A stretch of DNA of 64,000 bases from Candidatus Poribacteria bacterium (GCA_963665845.2 OY762492.1:2176001-2240000); one strand, 5' to 3'. Positions 20,682 through 31,697 are shown, numbered from the stretch's first letter. The notes: generated by a model from the letters alone, not told the origin. Made by a program: numbers and translations.

Positions 20682-23543
20682 ATGATACGACACATCGCCA
20701 CGATTTTTGTTGCCGCGTCGTTTACGGCGGCCGCCTGGGCAGGTCCCGCTATCGGCTCGTCGGGCATTTCGCCCGGCGCGGTCTCTTCCAGCGGGCTTCT
20801 GTTCAGCGTACTCGCCGGCGCCAACGGCGTAACGGTACTGAACGGTCTTCCGCTCTCCGCCTATATCATCGCGGCGGGTCATCTGCCGTGCGAACAACCG
20901 TCTGAAGGACACGCCGACGAAGCGGAAGAGGCGGAAGAGGCGCATGCCGAAGAAGAGGCGAAGTCAGGCTCTTCCGACATTGAACTGGAAAAGGTGTCGG
21001 TGACCGCCTCCCGCCGACCCGAAAAGGTGATTGAGGCGCCCGCTTCCATCGCTGTCATTGAGGGCAGTCAGCTGCGCGCGCAGGTTGCCGTCAACCCGGC
21101 GGAAAGGTTCCGCCATCTGCCCGCCGTCGATGTCGCATCCTCCGGCATCGTTCAAGCGAACGCCGTTGTGCGCGGTTTCAACAACGTCTTCTCAGGAACG
21201 CTTTTGACGCTTGTCGACAACCGTTACGCCCGCGTTCCGTCCCTGCGTCTGAACGCCTACTCCTTCATCCCTACGACGGACGATGACATTGAGCGGATTG
21301 AGGTGGTGCTGGGTCCAGGCTCCGCGCTTTACGGACCGAACAGCGCCAACGGCGTTCTGCATATGCTGACCCGCTCGCCGTTCGCCTCGCAAGGGACCGA
21401 CATTTCGGTCGGCGGAGGGGAACGCGGCATTCTCACAAGTTCGCTGCGCCACGCGGGAGTCGTCAACGAGCAGCTCGGCTACAAGCTGTCTGCGCAGTAC
21501 TACCAGGGCGACGACTGGGAACTCGACTTCGAAGAAGGCGAGGTTTCACAGCAGGTACTCAATGAGCAGATGGCGCGTCAGAAGCTGGTTGACGAAGGCA
21601 ACAGCCCGTACAAAGTGAGCAAATTGAGCGCCGACGCGCGAGTCGACTACCGCCTCAGCGACGAAGCGACTGCCATTCTCTCCGGCGGGTTCACCCAAGC
21701 AAGTCAGATTGAGCTGACCGGCGTCGGCGCTTCTGTCGCGGACGGCTGGACGTACAGCTATGTACAGGGCAGGCTCTCGGCGGGCGACCTGTTCGCGCAG
21801 GCGTTCATCAATATGAGCGACGCGGGCGACAGCTTCCTGTTGAGCGACGGAGAACCGGTCGTCGATAAATCGCAGGTGATGGTCGCGCAGATTCAGCATG
21901 GAACTTCCCTCGGCGAGCGCGAGCGGTTGACCTACGGGGTTGACGCGCTGTTGACCCGCCCCGACACGGAAGGCACCATCAACGGCATCAACGAAGAGGA
22001 CGACACGATCAACGAAATCGGCCTCTATCTGCAGTCGGAAACCGATTTGACCGAGCAGCTGAAGCTGGTCGCGGCGGCGCGCGTGGACGACCACAGCCGG
22101 CTGGCGGATCTGATCTTCTCGCCGCGCGCCGGGCTGGTCTTTAGTCCAACCGCCACCGACAATCTGCGCCTCACCTACAACAGGGCGTACAGCACCCCCA
22201 GCACGAACAACCTGTTTTTAGACATCCGCGTCGCGCCGGACGCCTTCGGCATCGGGGGGGCGTTTCAAGACGCGCTCGGCTTCGCGCCGGCGATTGACAT
22301 CCGCGGTTCCGGCGTTCCGGAATCGGGCTTCACTTTCACGCGCAGCGAAAATGGACGCCCGATGTTCAGGTCGCCGTTTGCGCCTCTTGCGCAGGGGGCA
22401 GGGTTGACGCCGGAATCGCACATACCGCTGGACGATCCTCTGTTCACCAATGTGATGTGGGGAGCCGGGCGGGCGGCGGTCATGGCGTCGGTCGTGCCGC
22501 TTTTCCAGAACGTCGTGAAACAGACGCTTTCCGCGCAGGGGCTGCCGGACGATATCGTGGACGCGCAGGTGGGCGTGTTGACGCAGGCGTTCGACTCCGT
22601 GATTCCGTCCCAGGTTGCCGGGGTGAAGAACAACCTGATGGCGCTGGACCCTGTGACGCAGGAGTTCAACCCTGTCGCCGATGTGTATGACGTCGACCCG
22701 CTGGAGCCGACCATCACCCAGACCGCCGAGCTGGGTTACAAGGGCGCGCTCTTCAATATGCTGGTGGTCGCCGCCGATTTCTACCATACCAACATCACGA
22801 ACTTTGTCGGTCCGATCACCGTTGAAACGCCGAATGTGTTTCTGGACGGCGAAACGCTGGCGGCGTCCGTCGGACAGCAGATCGGGGAAGCGTTGAGCGA
22901 TCCGGCGATGGCGCAGTTGAATCAGGCGCTGCTCGCGCTGGACGACCCGGCGACCGGCTTCGGCGGAAACGGCAACGGCTCCGCCGTCGACGAGCTGACG
23001 AACCTGTTTGTGCGGGGTACCGACAGCAACGGCCCCGCCTTCATTCCGTTCGGAACGGTGACGCCTAACGAAGCGTCCGACCCGGCCGCTGTCATGACAA
23101 CCTACCGCAACTACGGCGACATCTCGCTGATAGGGGCGGACCTGAACCTGAACCTTTTCCTGAACGAGAACTGGATCGTCGGCGGGACCTACTCGTTCGT
23201 CAGCGAAAACCTGTTTGAGCTGGAGGAAGACCCGCATGATGTGTCGCTGAACGCGCCGAAGCATAAGTTTGGGGCGCGCCTTCAGTATATGAACGCCGAT
23301 CTAGGCGACCTGGCGGCGGAGCTGCGCCTGCGTTATGTGGACGAGTTCCCTGTCAATTCGGGCGTCTATCAGGGCGTTGTGGAGCAGTACCAGACGCTCG
23401 ACTTGAGCGCGGGGTACAGCGTTCTAGACACGACGCGCCTGTCGGTGTCTGTTCAGAACATTCTGGACGACAAGCATATCGAGTTTGTCGGCGCGCCTGA
23501 ACTGGGGCGGCTGGCGATTGTTCGATTGGCGCAGTCGTTCTAA
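20682..23543 (+). CDS. TonB-dependent receptor
   Basis: Signal peptide, VSVTASR TonB-box region, plug motif IERIEVVLGPGSALYGPNSANGV, C-terminal Phe; AAGGA RBS. Confidence 0.92.
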   Translation: MIRHIATIFVAASFTAAAWAGPAIGSSGISPGAVSSSGLLFSVLAGANGVTVLNGLPLSAYIIAAGHLPCEQPSEGHADEAEEAEEAHAEEEAKSGSSDIELEKVSVTASRRPEKVIEAPASIAVIEGSQLRAQVAVNPAERFRHLPAVDVASSGIVQANAVVRGFNNVFSGTLLTLVDNRYARVPSLRLNAYSFIPTTDDDIERIEVVLGPGSALYGPNSANGVLHMLTRSPFASQGTDISVGGGERGILTSSLRHAGVVNEQLGYKLSAQYYQGDDWELDFEEGEVSQQVLNEQMARQKLVDEGNSPYKVSKLSADARVDYRLSDEATAILSGGFTQASQIELTGVGASVADGWTYSYVQGRLSAGDLFAQAFINMSDAGDSFLLSDGEPVVDKSQVMVAQIQHGTSLGERERLTYGVDALLTRPDTEGTINGINEEDDTINEIGLYLQSETDLTEQLKLVAAARVDDHSRLADLIFSPRAGLVFSPTATDNLRLTYNRAYSTPSTNNLFLDIRVAPDAFGIGGAFQDALGFAPAIDIRGSGVPESGFTFTRSENGRPMFRSPFAPLAQGAGLTPESHIPLDDPLFTNVMWGAGRAAVMASVVPLFQNVVKQTLSAQGLPDDIVDAQVGVLTQAFDSVIPSQVAGVKNNLMALDPVTQEFNPVADVYDVDPLEPTITQTAELGYKGALFNMLVVAADFYHTNITNFVGPITVETPNVFLDGETLAASVGQQIGEALSDPAMAQLNQALLALDDPATGFGGNGNGSAVDELTNLFVRGTDSNGPAFIPFGTVTPNEASDPAAVMTTYRNYGDISLIGADLNLNLFLNENWIVGGTYSFVSENLFELEEDPHDVSLNAPKHKFGARLQYMNADLGDLAAELRLRYVDEFPVNSGVYQGVVEQYQTLDLSAGYSVLDTTRLSVSVQNILDDKHIEFVGAPELGRLAIVRLAQSF

Positions 23544-23558
23544 ATCAGCATGAGAACG

Positions 23559-23597
23559 GGCGCGGGCGGGCTTTTAAAAAAACCTGCCCGCGCCTTT
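23559..23597 (+). terminator. Hairpin after the TonB-dependent receptor, possible intrinsic terminator
   Basis: GGCGCGGGCGGG...CCTGCCCGCGCC followed by short T run. Confidence 0.5.
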
Positions 23598-23614
23598 CCA
23601 GCGGAGAACGCAAC

Positions 23615-23860
23615 ATGCCGATGCGAAAAATACTTGAGATCGCGACGCAGATCATCGGCGTCTATCTGATGTTGACAGCCATACCCGGTCTGATCGGATC
23701 GCTCATCATCGGATGCATCGCGGCGGGCGAGATGGAGTCGTTGAACATGAGGGTATTTATGTCGGGCATTGCGGCGCCGTTCCTTCAATTATGCATAGGG
23801 CTTTGGGCGGCTTTTGCGGCGGAAGCGATTTCGCGCACTTTCCGCTCGGACGACGACTAA
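23615..23860 (+). CDS. Small hypothetical membrane protein
   Basis: 81 aa, two hydrophobic helices, GGAGA RBS. Confidence 0.55.
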   Translation: MPMRKILEIATQIIGVYLMLTAIPGLIGSLIIGCIAAGEMESLNMRVFMSGIAAPFLQLCIGLWAAFAAEAISRTFRSDDD

Positions 23861-24192
23861 TTGGGAAAAACGCGCCGCTGAACGACCAAAGCATTTATTC
23901 ATGGGAAAAAGGCATCGCGAACCAAATCGTCATTCCCGCGTAAGCGGGAATCTAGAGGCGCCGTTGAAGACGTCCGCGTTTGCCAAGCGGCATGTCCCAA
24001 CTAAAGATGTAAGATCAGGAAAAGCTGACCTCATGCATAAAGTTGGGACATTTGAACTGACGATCGCTCTATTCATGGGAAAAAGGCTCCGCCAACCAAA
24101 TCGTCATTCCCGCGTAAGCGGGAATCTAGAGGCGACGCAGAAAACGCCCGCATTCGCCAGGCGGAATGCCCCAACTAGAGCGCGAAGGTCAG
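23858..24192 (+). mobile_element. Two tandem MITE copies (left degenerate, ending 24018; complete 168-bp copy 24025-24192)
   Basis: Two near-identical TTCATGGGAAAAAGG...REP...CCCAACTA...TCAG units. Confidence 0.85.
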
Positions 24193-24279
24193 AGACCAAA
24201 GCGGTTGACAAAGGCGCGCTCATGGTTGGACAATGTTATGTAAAGCTGTACGCCCGCTTTTTTAGGATGATTCATCTCC

Positions 24280-26115
24280 ATGCCTATCTTTGCCCTGCCC
24301 GCCGCATTTTTTGCGCTTGCCGCGATACCGGGTCTTGCCGCCATCTACTGGCTGCGGACGCGCTCGCGCCGCGTCACGGTGTCCAGCCTAGCGCTCTGGG
24401 TTGACCAACGGCGCGCCCGGCAGGGCGGAACGCGCATCGAACGGTTTCAGATGCCGCTTCTGCTGATCCTTGAAATATTGGCGATTCTGGCGTTGACGCT
24501 GGCGGCGGCGTCTCCGCTTTTTTTGATGGACGCGGACGCGCCGACGCTTTACGTTGTCCTGGACGACTCCTTCTCCATGCGCGCGGACGGCGGCAACAGC
24601 CCCCGCGAACGCGCCGCCGACGCCGTCCGCTCCGAACTCGGCATCGACACGCGCAACCCGTTCGCCAAGCCGCGGTATGAAGCGCGCTACATTGTCGCCG
24701 GACAGAAGCCGCGCCTCGCCGAAACGGACGGCGGCATTCCCGACGAAAACGAATGGAGCTGCCGGTCGCCGGTCGCCGACATCGCCGGCGCGGTCGCTCT
24801 CGCCGAGGAGTTGAGTCAAGAGGCGGCGCTGATCTTGGTCGTTTCCGACGAGCCGCCCGTTGCCGAAATTCAAAACGACCGGCTCAAATGGCGCGCCTTC
24901 GGACGCGCGAAGCCGAACGCCGCCATCGTGAACGCGACTCGGTCTCCCGCCGAAACGGGCGAACGGTGCCTCCTGGAGATCGCCAACCTATCGAAAGAAC
25001 CGTATCGCGCAACGCTGGTCATCGAAGAGCTGCCTGAACCGGACGCGGGAGAGGAAGCCGCCGCGCCCGCCGTCCTGCGCGAGGAGGAGTTGACGCTGGA
25101 CCCTGAAGAGACGCGCCGCCTCATTTTCAGCCTGCCTGAAGGAACGCCGGGCGTCCTGGCGCGCATCGGCGCGGACGCGCTCAACATCGACAACGAGGCG
25201 TATCTGCTGCCTGAGGAGAAGAAACCGGCGCGCGTTCAGCTGGACATTCAAAACGACTCGCTCCGCCGGCGCGTTCGTTCGGGCTTGGAGTCGACAGGCG
25301 CGGTACTTTTTACCAATCTGCGCCCCGAATTGCTGTTGACAGACGCGGCGTTCGAAGGTTTGCCCGCTTCGCCGCAGATATGGCGCGTGTTGTTTGACGC
25401 GCCTGACGAGGCCGCGGCGTATGTCGGTCCCTTTGTGGTTGACCAGACGCATCCGCTGGCGGAGGGCGCGGGTTTGGACGGCGTCGTCTGGGCGGCGGGC
25501 GAGGCGGAAGAGTATGCCGGCATGCCTGTAGTGACGGCGGGAAATGTGCCGCTCATCGTGGATACGGAGCGCTCCGACGGCGGACGCGACCTGAAATGGA
25601 GCCTGCGCATCGACCTTTCCAACCTGCAGGACTCGACTGCGTGGCCCATTTTCATGTGGAACTTGGCGCAGTGGCGCGTCTCCGAGACGCCGGGGCTGCG
25701 CCGTTTCAACTACCGCCTCGGCGAGGATGTGAGCCTGACGGTCAACCCTCCGCCGCCCGAAGACGTTGAAGAGACGGAAACGGCGAGAATCGTCTCGCCC
25801 GATGGAGTCGTCCGCGACCTGCCGCCGCCGCAGGAGGGGGTGTATGCGCTGGCTGAAGAAACGGGCGTCTACCGCATCGAAGCGGGCGGCGGCGAATATC
25901 GGTTCGCCGTCAGCGCTTTTTCAAAAAACGAATCGAGCCTGCTCAACAAGGCGCGCGGAGAATGGGGCGGCTGGGCGGGAGCCGAACTGCTGGAAAGAGG
26001 CTATAGAGACATGGGCTGGGCGTTTATACTGCTTGCCGTTCTGATCTTGACGGCGCATCTGATTCTTGCCGCCTCCGAGCGCGGAACGGCGCGCCCATCG
26101 GGAGCCGCCGCATGA
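24280..26115 (+). CDS. BatA-domain / VWA membrane protein
   Basis: N-terminal P...IYWLR..R..VSSLALW BatA motif, LDDSFSM MIDAS, C-terminal TM. Confidence 0.85.
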   Translation: MPIFALPAAFFALAAIPGLAAIYWLRTRSRRVTVSSLALWVDQRRARQGGTRIERFQMPLLLILEILAILALTLAAASPLFLMDADAPTLYVVLDDSFSMRADGGNSPRERAADAVRSELGIDTRNPFAKPRYEARYIVAGQKPRLAETDGGIPDENEWSCRSPVADIAGAVALAEELSQEAALILVVSDEPPVAEIQNDRLKWRAFGRAKPNAAIVNATRSPAETGERCLLEIANLSKEPYRATLVIEELPEPDAGEEAAAPAVLREEELTLDPEETRRLIFSLPEGTPGVLARIGADALNIDNEAYLLPEEKKPARVQLDIQNDSLRRRVRSGLESTGAVLFTNLRPELLLTDAAFEGLPASPQIWRVLFDAPDEAAAYVGPFVVDQTHPLAEGAGLDGVVWAAGEAEEYAGMPVVTAGNVPLIVDTERSDGGRDLKWSLRIDLSNLQDSTAWPIFMWNLAQWRVSETPGLRRFNYRLGEDVSLTVNPPPPEDVEETETARIVSPDGVVRDLPPPQEGVYALAEETGVYRIEAGGGEYRFAVSAFSKNESSLLNKARGEWGGWAGAELLERGYRDMGWAFILLAVLILTAHLILAASERGTARPSGAAA

Positions 26116-28910
26116 CGTTTCTGTATCCGATCTGGCTGCTGCTGCTGATACCGCTCATCGCGTCCATGCGTTTCTGGCGCCTTCCGTCGCGCCTGCTCAT
26201 CGCGCTTCGTTTCATCTCCGTTCTGTTGATTGTTCTGGCGCTGGCGGGCTTGTCGTTAAAAATACCGAGCCGAGCGGGCGTCGCGGCGGTCGTTGCGGAC
26301 CGGAGCCTCTCGATGCCGGGCGGCAGCGAGGCGCTGCAGCTGGAAGCGGTCGCGCTCATTCAGGAGGCGCAGAAGCAGGACTCGCGCCTAGCCGTCGTCG
26401 CGTTTGGACAAAAAAGCGCCATCGAACAGGGTCCGAGTACGGACAAGTTCGGCGGCTTTATGAATGAGGTGAAAGGCGACGCTTCCAACATGCATGACGC
26501 GCTTGAAACGGCGCTCTCGCTCATACCGGCAAACTCGCCAGGGCGAATCATCCTGCTCTCCGACGGCAGATGGACAGGCAAAGACCCGACCGAAGCGGCC
26601 GTTCAAGCCGCGGCGCGCGGCATCCCCATCGATTACAGGGCGATACGCCGCTCCACCGCAAACGACGCCGCCATTGAACGGATCAACGCGCCGCAGTCGG
26701 TTCGCCCCGGCGAGTCGTTCATGATCGCCGGCTGGGTTCGCGCGCCCGTTTCAACCGAGATCACATACCGGCTCACGCGCGGCGGAGAGACCTTGTCCAG
26801 CGGGACGCGCTCCGTTCCGTCGGGTCTCTCGCGTCTGCTTTTCCGCGACACGGCGTACCAACCCGGCGTCCAGAGCTACACGCTGGAGATCAACGGCGGC
26901 GGGGGCGACCCTGTGCCGGAAAACAACAAGGCGAAACTGCTTGTCGGCGTGGAAGGCGAACGCCCGATACTGCATCTCGCCAACGACGCCGAGTCGGGTC
27001 TTGGAGATTTTCTGCGCCGCGGGCAGCTGAATGTGCAGACGCGGACGCCGCGGCAGATACGCTGGTCGCTGGACGAGCTGGGCGGCTATTCGGCGCTTCT
27101 GATCGAGAACGCGCCGGCGAACCATATCGGAACGCGCGGCATGGAAAACATCGCCAACTGGGTGAAGGAGACGGGCGCGGGCATTATGATGACCGGCGGC
27201 AGATCCTCCTACGGACCCGGCGGCTATTTCAAATCCCCCCTAGAGCCGATCATGCCGGTCTCCATGGAGCTGCGGCAGGAACACCGCAAGATGGCGGTCG
27301 CCATTGCGATTGCGATGGACAGGTCGGGAAGCATGGGCATGCCGGTCGCGGACGGGCGAATGAAGATGGATCTGGCAAATTTAGCGGCGGCGGGGGTGTG
27401 GGACATGCTCAACCCGGCGGATCAATTTGGCGCCATCGCCGTCGACAGCCAAGCGCATATCATCGCCGAACTAGCGCATGTTGATCATGACAATTCCGAA
27501 GCGCGCCATCGGGTCATGCAGATCAGCCCTGGGGGAGGGGGGATTTTTGTTTTCAACGCCCTGGAAGCGGCTGTGCGGATGCTCGAAGGCGCGGCGGCGC
27601 AGACGCGCCATGTGATCCTGCTGGCGGACGCCGCCGACTCTGAGCAGCCCTATAGAGAATCGACCGTCCCTGGGCAGCCGCATACCTATGAGCAGCTGAT
27701 ACAGGTTTCGCGCGAGGCGGGCATCACCTTCAGCGTCGTCGGCCTCGGCAGCGACATGGACCAGGACGCCGAGTTTTTGAAAGACATTGCCCGGCGCGGC
27801 GAGGGGCGCATCTTTTTCACCAACGACGCCGAAGACCTGCCGACGCTCTTCGCCCAGGACACGATCAACGTCGCGCGCAGCTCCTTCATCAATGAGCCTG
27901 TCAACGTCAACACAACGGGCGAACTGCTCACCCTTGTCGGCAAAAAACATGAGATACCTTACGCAATCGGCGGGTATAACCTGTGCTATGCGCGCCCTGA
28001 AGCGAATTTGGCGACCGTTTCGGTGGACGAATACGAGGCTCCGATCATCGCCGCATGGCAGGCGGGGCTGGGGCGCGCGCTCGCTTACACGGCTGAAGCG
28101 AGCGGAAAACATACCGGGCAGATCGCCAACTGGGACGAATACGGCGACCTGGTCGCAGGGATGGCAAGATGGACGGCGGGCGACCGCCAGAACCTGCCGG
28201 ACGGAATGGTCTTGACGCAGGATGTCCAGAGCGGCGTTCAGCGCATCGACCTTCACCTGGACCCTGAACGGGAGGGCGCGGGCGTCTTTGACCCGCCGAC
28301 CGTTTCCGTTTTAAGGGGCGTCCCTGGACGCCCGCCCGCCGCCGAAAAGATCGCTATGGAGTGGACATCCGCGGACACGATCACGGCGCATGTGCCGCTT
28401 CGGGGCAGCGAGACGGTCATTTCAACGGTTGATTTGGGGGAAGACGGCTCCGCGTCGTTTCCGCCGGTCAGTTTGCCGTACTCGCCGGAATATCTGCCGG
28501 AGCGGGAAGGCGCCGGCTTGCAGGCGCTTCAGCAGGCGTCGCTCATCACGGGCGGAAAGGCGCGGGTGAACCTCGCCGAAGTGTGGCGCGACCTTGAGCG
28601 GTTTCCGCGGTATGTGCCGCTGGCGGTATGGCTGCTGTGCGGGGCGGCGGCGCTGCTGCTGTTGGAGGTGTTGGAGCGGCGGACGGGACTCATCGCCGCG
28701 CGTCCGCCGAGGCGTAAGAAAGAGAAGGCGGAGCGGCGCATGCGCATACCGAGAAGAAGACGGCGCCAAGCTCCCAAAGAAGACGAAACGCCGATAGATG
28801 AGCCGATAGAGGAACCTGTTCCCCCGCCCGTTGAGGAGCCGACCGGACAGCCGGCGTACAGCGCCCTCCGCCAGGCGCGCCGACGCGCCCGCAACCGCAT
28901 CGGCGATTAG
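26112..28910 (+). CDS. Double-VWA + glutamine-amidotransferase-like membrane protein
   Basis: DRSLSM and DRSGSM MIDAS motifs, LLSDG, GGRSSYGPGGY; ATGA coupling. Confidence 0.85.
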   Translation: MTFLYPIWLLLLIPLIASMRFWRLPSRLLIALRFISVLLIVLALAGLSLKIPSRAGVAAVVADRSLSMPGGSEALQLEAVALIQEAQKQDSRLAVVAFGQKSAIEQGPSTDKFGGFMNEVKGDASNMHDALETALSLIPANSPGRIILLSDGRWTGKDPTEAAVQAAARGIPIDYRAIRRSTANDAAIERINAPQSVRPGESFMIAGWVRAPVSTEITYRLTRGGETLSSGTRSVPSGLSRLLFRDTAYQPGVQSYTLEINGGGGDPVPENNKAKLLVGVEGERPILHLANDAESGLGDFLRRGQLNVQTRTPRQIRWSLDELGGYSALLIENAPANHIGTRGMENIANWVKETGAGIMMTGGRSSYGPGGYFKSPLEPIMPVSMELRQEHRKMAVAIAIAMDRSGSMGMPVADGRMKMDLANLAAAGVWDMLNPADQFGAIAVDSQAHIIAELAHVDHDNSEARHRVMQISPGGGGIFVFNALEAAVRMLEGAAAQTRHVILLADAADSEQPYRESTVPGQPHTYEQLIQVSREAGITFSVVGLGSDMDQDAEFLKDIARRGEGRIFFTNDAEDLPTLFAQDTINVARSSFINEPVNVNTTGELLTLVGKKHEIPYAIGGYNLCYARPEANLATVSVDEYEAPIIAAWQAGLGRALAYTAEASGKHTGQIANWDEYGDLVAGMARWTAGDRQNLPDGMVLTQDVQSGVQRIDLHLDPEREGAGVFDPPTVSVLRGVPGRPPAAEKIAMEWTSADTITAHVPLRGSETVISTVDLGEDGSASFPPVSLPYSPEYLPEREGAGLQALQQASLITGGKARVNLAEVWRDLERFPRYVPLAVWLLCGAAALLLLEVLERRTGLIAARPPRRKKEKAERRMRIPRRRRRQAPKEDETPIDEPIEEPVPPPVEEPTGQPAYSALRQARRRARNRIGD

Positions 28911-28921
28911 CGGACGCGCTC

Positions 28922-29228
28922 TTTCCCTGTCATTTCCGCGCCCTTTTCCCTGTCATTTCCGCGCCCTTTTCCCTGTCATTTCCGCGCCCTTTTCCCTGTC
29001 ATTCCCGCGTAAGCGGGAATCTTAAGCGCCGTCGCCGCAGTCCGCGCCCGCGGAAACCCCCCTATCCCCCCTTTTCAAGGGGGAATCCGAGGCGCCGTCG
29101 CCGCAGTCCGCGCCCTCGGAAACCCCCCTATCCCCCCTTTTCAAGGGGGAATCTGAGGCGTCGTCGCCGCAGTCCGCGCCCTCGGAAACCCCCCTATCCC
29201 CCCTTTTCAAGGGGGGAATCCGAGGCGC
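28922..29228. repeat. Tandem arrays: 23-bp unit x3 plus full REP, then about 60-bp unit x3
   Basis: TTTCCCTGTCATTTCCGCGCCCT repeats; GCCGCAGTCCGCGCCC..GGAAACCCCCCTATCCCCCCTTTTCAAGGGGGAATC repeats. Confidence 0.9.
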
Positions 29229-29232
29229 AGTG

Positions 29233-29261
29233 TTGACACAGCGAAACAACGTCGGCATAAT
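29233..29261 (+). promoter_or_regulatory. sigma70-type promoter
   Basis: TTGACA-N17-CATAAT. Confidence 0.6.
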
Positions 29262-29288
29262 AGCGGAACGGATTGGCGGAGATTTCTT

Positions 29289-29579
29289 GTGAACGCGGTA
29301 CCGGAGCGCATTTCCGCGCAGCTCAAAGGGCTTGAAGAACGGGCGGACCGAATGCAGGCGGTCATTGCGTCGCTGCGCAGAACGGCGGCAAAGGCGCTGT
29401 CGGAACGCGCCGCGCTCGCCCAGCAGAACGAAGAAATGCTCGCCCGCGTCAAACAGCTGGAAGAGGAGAACGAAAGCCTGCGCAGCGAACTGCAATCCTC
29501 CCGCCATCTCCCGCCCGAGAAAAAAGAGGAGGTTCAACGGCTTCTCGCGGCGCTCGCCGCCGCTTTAGAGGATGCTTAA
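29289..29579 (+). CDS. Small coiled-coil protein (ZapB-like)
   Basis: 96 aa, nearly all heptad coiled coil; GTG start with GGAGA RBS and promoter. Confidence 0.55.
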   Translation: MNAVPERISAQLKGLEERADRMQAVIASLRRTAAKALSERAALAQQNEEMLARVKQLEEENESLRSELQSSRHLPPEKKEEVQRLLAALAAALEDA

Positions 29580-31591
29580 ACGGCGGCGCTGGCAGGAGCT
29601 GTCCCCAAAGAAAAAGATTGCCTCAGTAATGCCTATTTTCTGGGCGATCGTTTTCATGTTGCTGTTCGGCTTTCTATTTTATTACGGCGGTCAGTTTTTT
29701 CGAGATCGGGCGGCGGACCGGCTCGCGCGGGCGCAGTTGCCCGACGGCGCCAAAATGCGCATCGGCATGGGAACGGTCAACTCCATCGCCTACTCCCCTG
29801 ACGGCAAGCGGATCGCGGCGGCGGGAAGCGTCGGCGTCTGGATCTACAAAGGACACAAAGGACGAAAGACAAGGCTGATTCGCGGACATACAAAGCCTGT
29901 CCACTCGGCGGCGTATTCTCCTGACGGCAAGCGTATCGCCAGCGCATCCCAAGACCGAACGGTTCGCGTCTGGGACGCCGAGACGGGCGCGCCGCTCAAA
30001 ACGCTGGAGGGGCATGCCGATTCGGTCAAGTCGGCGGTCTATTCGCCGGACGGGAAGCGCATCGCCAGCGCGGGTCTGGACAGGACGGTTTGCGTTTGGG
30101 ACTCTGAAACGGGCGCGCTTCTCAAAACGCTGTCGGGGCATACGGAGCCTGTCAACTCGGCGGCGTTTTCTCCCGACGGCAAGCGTATTGCCAGCGCGTC
30201 TCAAGACCGAACGGTTCGCGTCTGGGACTCTCAAACCGGCGCGCTTCTCAAAACGCTGGAAGGGCATCTCTTCGTCGTCAACTCGGCGGTCTATTCGCCG
30301 AACGGAAAGCGCATCGCCAGCGCGGGCGGCGATCAAACGGTTCGCCTATGGGACTCTGAAACGGGCGCGCTTCTTCACACACTTTCAGGACCGGCGGCGC
30401 CCATCAAAACGGCGGCGTATTCTCCGGACGGCAAACTGATCGCGGGCGCGTCCAGCGCGGAAGCGGCGCTGTGGAACGCCGAGACGAACGCGCCTGTTCG
30501 GCCGATTTACGCATCCAGCGACGTTTTGGACGCAGCGTTTTCGCCGGACGGGCATAGCATAGCGATCCTTGGAAAAGGGGGTCTCAGCATCAGCATTTGG
30601 AACATCCGTATTCGCGCCGCGGTTCATGCAGTTGGCTGGTCTACAGGCAGATTGAAGTTTGCCGCGTTGTCGCCGGACGGAACGATGATCGCCGTTGTCC
30701 GTCAGGGAGGCGGATTTGGGGCTTATGACGCGAAGAGCGGCTGGTTTCTTTATGGAACCCCTGACGCGCATACGATCGCGTTGTCGCCGGACGGAAAGAC
30801 GATCGCCGTTGTCAAAGAAGATTTTACGATAGCGATGGTAGACGCCAGAGCGCGAGAGAGGCGCAGCAAGCTCGCTGGACATCGGACAAGGATCCACTCA
30901 GCGGCGTTTTCGCCGGACGGCAAGACGCTCGCCAGCGCCTCCATGACGATCCGCGTCTGGGACGCCGAGACGGGGCGTCTTCTTAAAAATTTCAAAGCGG
31001 CTGCGGAACCGATCCATCGCGTATTCATCGGACGGCAAGCGTATTGTCAGCATGGGCTGGGGCAAGACGGTTCGTGTCTGGGATGTCAAGGCGGGGTCGC
31101 TTCTCCATACATTGTCGGGGCATACGGAGCCTGTCCTCTCGGCGGCTCTTTCTCCCGACGGAAAGCGGATCGCAAGCGCGTCTCAAGACAAGACGATTCG
31201 CGTTTGGGACGCCGAGACCGGCGCGTTTCTCCATACGTTGTCGGGGCATACGGAGCAGGTCCATTCGGCGGCGTTTTCTCCCGACGGAACGAACATCGCC
31301 AGCTGCGGCAAGGATCGAACCGTGCGCGTTTGGGACGCCGAGACGGGGGCGCTTCTCCATACATTTGAAACGCCGGACGAGCAGAATTGGACAGGATATG
31401 CGCCGGACGGCAAGACGTTCGCCGGCGCCGGCTGGAACGGCGCGATACGCATATGGGGCGGCGCGCTGCTCAAAACGTTTGAAGGGCATACCGGCGGCAT
31501 GAATTCAGCGGGCTATGCGCCGGACGGCAAGACGTTCTGGAGCGCCGGCAACGACGGAACCGTCCTTTTTTGGGACATCTCCGACATTTAG
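29572..31591 (+). pseudogene. Membrane-anchored WD40-repeat protein with frameshift at about 31018
   Basis: GH...YSPDGKRIASAS.D.TVRVWD repeats continue in a second frame (ORF 31052-31591) after ATCCATCGCGTAT. Confidence 0.8.
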
Positions 31592-31621
31592 GCGGAGGCG
31601 GCGTTTAAGGTCAGCTGAAAT

Positions 31622-31697
31622 GTTTGCGCCCGCCTCCCCGCTTTGCTATACTGGGCGCATAAACCTACGACACACACGGAGAAATGTAGATGGCGCG
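31622..31697 (+). repeat. 76-bp direct repeat copy 1 (promoter + RBS + start codon)
   Basis: 75/76 identical to 34043-34118; TTGCGC-N17-TATACT with TG extension, GGAGA, ATGGCGCG. Confidence 0.95.

Noticed and set aside
24025-24192. MITE as an integron attC site
   Set aside because: GTTGGGA/TCCCAAC are in the wrong order and miss the GTTRRRY consensus; copies occur in both orientations next to core genes; no intI.
28922-29228. Tandem repeats as a CRISPR array
   Set aside because: Units are contiguous and near-identical with no unique spacers, and no cas genes are present; the same applies to 52776-52878 and 55502-55586.
31018-31368. C-terminal tail of the 598-aa ORF as a novel domain
   Set aside because: Out-of-frame read-through of WD40 repeats after the frameshift.
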